Origin: Gemmatimonadota bacterium
GTDB taxonomy: Bacteria; Gemmatimonadota; Gemmatimonadetes; Gemmatimonadales; GWC2-71-9
NCBI GenBank assembly: GCA_031431925.1
Contig: JANPEL010000118.1
Span: 1-56,667 of the forward strand
Direction: 5' to 3'
Length of the DNA stretch: 56,667 nucleotides
In this document: in pieces, positions 54,353 to 56,667 of the stretch
How positions within the stretch are numbered: position 1 is the first letter of the stretch
Layout of the letters: every line of letters starts with the position of its first letter
Notes under the pieces: generated by a model
Database searches by the model: none
What the model saw: only the letters and a program-made list of their open reading frames with translations
Told to the model about the DNA's origin: nothing
Position numbers and translations under genes: made by a program

Positions 54353-55347
54353 TAGAGGTTGGCGCGGGCAAGATGGCCGGGAATGAACCCTGACACCGGG
54401 GTTGCGAGTCGGTCGAGCCGCCAACGGGCCGAAGGAATCGGGTAGAAGATCGCCTGGACCGCTCCGCTCGGGCTCCCATCCTCGCCGACCAGGTTCGGAA
54501 ACCGCGCAATCCAACGCCGGGGGTCATGACCGGCATCGAGGGCGGCGCGGTCGGCGGCGAACACCGCCGGGCGGCTCAGGGCCGGCAGGATCAACAGGCC
54601 CCCGAACGCCCAGAGGGTCATCCAACAGGCGTAGCCGACCAGCGCTTCCGCCGGAGTTCGGGCGGCCAGTTCAAAAGCCGTCGAGCCGGCCCAGCCGCCC
54701 AGGAGATTCCAACCCAAGACCACGAGGAAAGTCCGGAGGGGCAAAGCGTTGTCGAGCTGCCATTGACGCCGGACTGATTCCGCGGCGAGGTCTTCCCTCG
54801 ACTCACTCGCCAACCAACGTTCGGGAAGCAGGGTTTGCGCGGTTGGGCCGAGCCCGAGGATCCCGCCGGTGAATGCCGGGTCCGTGGCGGTCGCGATCAG
54901 CCGTGACTCGCCTTCGGTGGGAGCTGCTTTGACTACGACCCCGGCCACCGCGCGGAGCAGGAACCGCCGACCGAGCGCCAACCCGGCGGTCGCGACGAGG
55001 ATCGACGCTCCGAATCCGCCGGTGAGCTGGAAGCTGGCGTAGCTGAGAACCCCGATACCGGCCAGCACCAGGCTGTGAGCCGTTACACCGCGCGACCAGG
55101 AACGGAGGTAGGCCCTCATCGTCGGGCGCGGCTCCGGCATCAGCAACCGACCGCCCAGGAAGTCGAAGACCGCCTGCGCGGCGACCGCGGCGGCAAAGAC
55201 CAGGGCACCGTCGGAGAGGCTGATGGCGTTCGGACGGGCCTTGCAGAGGAAGAACAGACCGCCGGATGCCGCCACCACCCAGAAGCCGATGTTGGTGATG
55301 CCGAGCTGGAGACGGCGGCGGGCCAGGGCCAGGGCATCCGGGGTCAC
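54262..55347 (-). CDS. Hypothetical integral membrane protein
   Basis: Several TM helices. GTGA overlap with the CIA30 gene. No family recognised. Confidence 0.65.
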   Translation of the reverse strand: MTPDALALARRRLQLGITNIGFWVVAASGGLFFLCKARPNAISLSDGALVFAAAVAAQAVFDFLGGRLLMPEPRPTMRAYLRSWSRGVTAHSLVLAGIGVLSYASFQLTGGFGASILVATAGLALGRRFLLRAVAGVVVKAAPTEGESRLIATATDPAFTGGILGLGPTAQTLLPERWLASESREDLAAESVRRQWQLDNALPLRTFLVVLGWNLLGGWAGSTAFELAARTPAEALVGYACWMTLWAFGGLLILPALSRPAVFAADRAALDAGHDPRRWIARFPNLVGEDGSPSGAVQAIFYPIPSARWRLDRLATPVSGFIPGHLARANLYYSWATLTLVGRAVHCNIGRPALWVFPPSA

Positions 55348-55901
55348 CGGGTCACCGCCTTGACCCAGCTGATCTCCAACTGGAACGGCCCGGCTCGCTG
55401 GTCCGCGATCAGAACCCCGACCGAGACGATCTTCTCCGCTGTCAGCAGCGGCAGGTTGGCCAGTCGCCGTCCACGAAACGTCGGCACGAACTCATCGAAG
55501 GCCAGTTGGTACTCGCCCCACTCGCCCCGCCTCGGCATGAACGCGAGTTGGTACGTGGGAGCGTTGAAACCCGCCCCGGTTTGGACGGTAAACTGGTATC
55601 CCCGTCCGTCGCCGCGGACCCGGAGCACGAAGGTGTCGGAGCCCTCGAGCTTGTCCCGGAATGGCGCCGACCGCGCCGAGGCAAAGCCGCCCCGGTTCTC
55701 CAGCGAGACCACCCCGGAAAACACCGCGCCCCCATCAGCGCCGAGTTGGAACTGGCTCGAGGAACGGCCGCCCATCACGTCATCGTTCACGATCCGCCAG
55801 GGTGAGGCTTTGGTCGGAGCCCGGAAGTCGTAGATCATCCTACCGGCGGTATCGGTGGTCATCGTCAGGGCCAGTGAGGTGAACCAACCCGCAATGATCA
55901 T
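55344..55901 (-). CDS. CIA30 family protein
   Basis: WRIVNDDVMGGRS, FSGVVSLENRGGFAS, LRVRGDGR.Y, PTFRGR, GPFQLEI. Confidence 0.9.
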   Translation of the reverse strand: MIIAGWFTSLALTMTTDTAGRMIYDFRAPTKASPWRIVNDDVMGGRSSSQFQLGADGGAVFSGVVSLENRGGFASARSAPFRDKLEGSDTFVLRVRGDGRGYQFTVQTGAGFNAPTYQLAFMPRRGEWGEYQLAFDEFVPTFRGRRLANLPLLTAEKIVSVGVLIADQRAGPFQLEISWVKAVTR

Positions 55902-56667
55902 CGGGCCGAACGGAGCCAGGTTCGGAACGCCACGAGGTCGCGAAAGACTTGGGCGCCAAGACGCCGCAGTTGCAGGGCATGGGCGGCCGCCGCCCGCCCG
56001 CCGCCGATGAGCGAGGTGCCCCGGGGCAACCCCTTGGCGAGGCGATCGAGCTCTTTGGCTGTCTCGGGACCGGCGACCTCGAGAACCAGGCTGATCGCCA
56101 CGGCCCGGGCGCCGAGGGTCCGAGCGGCCGTGATGATGTCATTGGCGGGCAGGCTGGTGCCGAGATAGACAACCTTCCAGCCCTCGGTCGCGGCGCTCGC
56201 GGCAGCCAACATGGCGCCCAGCTCCACCAGTTGTCCGGTGGTGGTTGTCACCACAATGACCGGAGCGTCGGGCTCAACCGCCGCGCGCTCAACCAGCCAC
56301 GCCAGGAGGCGGCGGACCTCGATCGACGCCAGATGCTCCTGGGCCGGGGAGAGGTCGCCACCCACCCAGCGGTCGCCGATCCGCCACAGGAGCGGCGCGA
56401 TGAAATGATCGAGCATGATCGGCACACTGAGTTGGAGCGACACCGTCTTGAGGATTCGCTCGAGACGGGCGGCATCCAACGCCTGAATCGCGTCGAAGGC
56501 CGTGGCGAGGTGCGAGGCGATCGCCAGCGTGGTTGCCTCAGCCAGCGCCGGAGCAGTGACCCTCGCGGCGGAATCGTCGGAACGCACCAGCTTCTCGAGC
56601 TCGCGCGGGGAGAGGCCGGCCACCGTCCCGATGCTCCGCCCGGCGATGATGGCGCGATGGAGCAGCT
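55898..56667 (-). CDS. MerR family/CarH-like regulator with cobalamin-binding domain, 5' end outside the window
   Basis: IGDRW-x9-EH four-helix motif, GQLVELG, GWKVVYLG.SLP, LIGGG. The frame is open to the window edge. Confidence 0.85.
   Translation of the reverse strand, partial: LLHRAIIAGRSIGTVAGLSPRELEKLVRSDDSAARVTAPALAEATTLAIASHLATAFDAIQALDAARLERILKTVSLQLSVPIMLDHFIAPLLWRIGDRWVGGDLSPAQEHLASIEVRRLLAWLVERAAVEPDAPVIVVTTTTGQLVELGAMLAAASAATEGWKVVYLGTSLPANDIITAARTLGARAVAISLVLEVAGPETAKELDRLAKGLPRGTSLIGGGRAAAAHALQLRRLGAQVFRDLVAFRTWLRSAR

Overview
High-GC bacterial DNA. The style and number of the Ser/Thr kinases suggest Gemmatimonadota (inference only). I found no rRNA, tRNA, CRISPR array, integrase, transposase or reverse transcriptase. 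The window has four parts. (1) 1-26 kb is mostly intact genes: TPR protein plus S41 protease, a peptide ABC transporter without an ATPase, a TMTC-like membrane glycosyltransferase, a two-operon glycosylation locus with two paralogous small membrane proteins, an APC permease/S9 peptidase/kinase operon, aqpZ, a Moco oxidoreductase and katG. (2) 26-40 kb is an accessory region full of deletion scars: at least eight junctions join unrelated gene halves or remove internal segments. It also holds brnTA, a voltage-gated channel with a TVEGWPD filter, and an Ig-domain lipoprotein gene flanked by two ~76-78-bp direct repeats with a palindromic core. (3) 40-50.6 kb is vapBC followed by a translationally coupled operon of an AAA ATPase and three receptor-like Ser/Thr kinases. 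(4) 50.6-56.7 kb has an ABC-permease/M1 aminopeptidase fusion and a CarH-like regulator (lower B12 His replaced by Val), CIA30 and membrane-protein operon. The strongest candidates for something undescribed are the modular kinase-receptor island with orphan modules, the palindromic repeats bracketing the Ig lipoprotein, and the heptamer GTTAGGC, which recurs inside genes as a rare TTA-GGC codon pair. All calls come from motif reading by eye; no searches were run.
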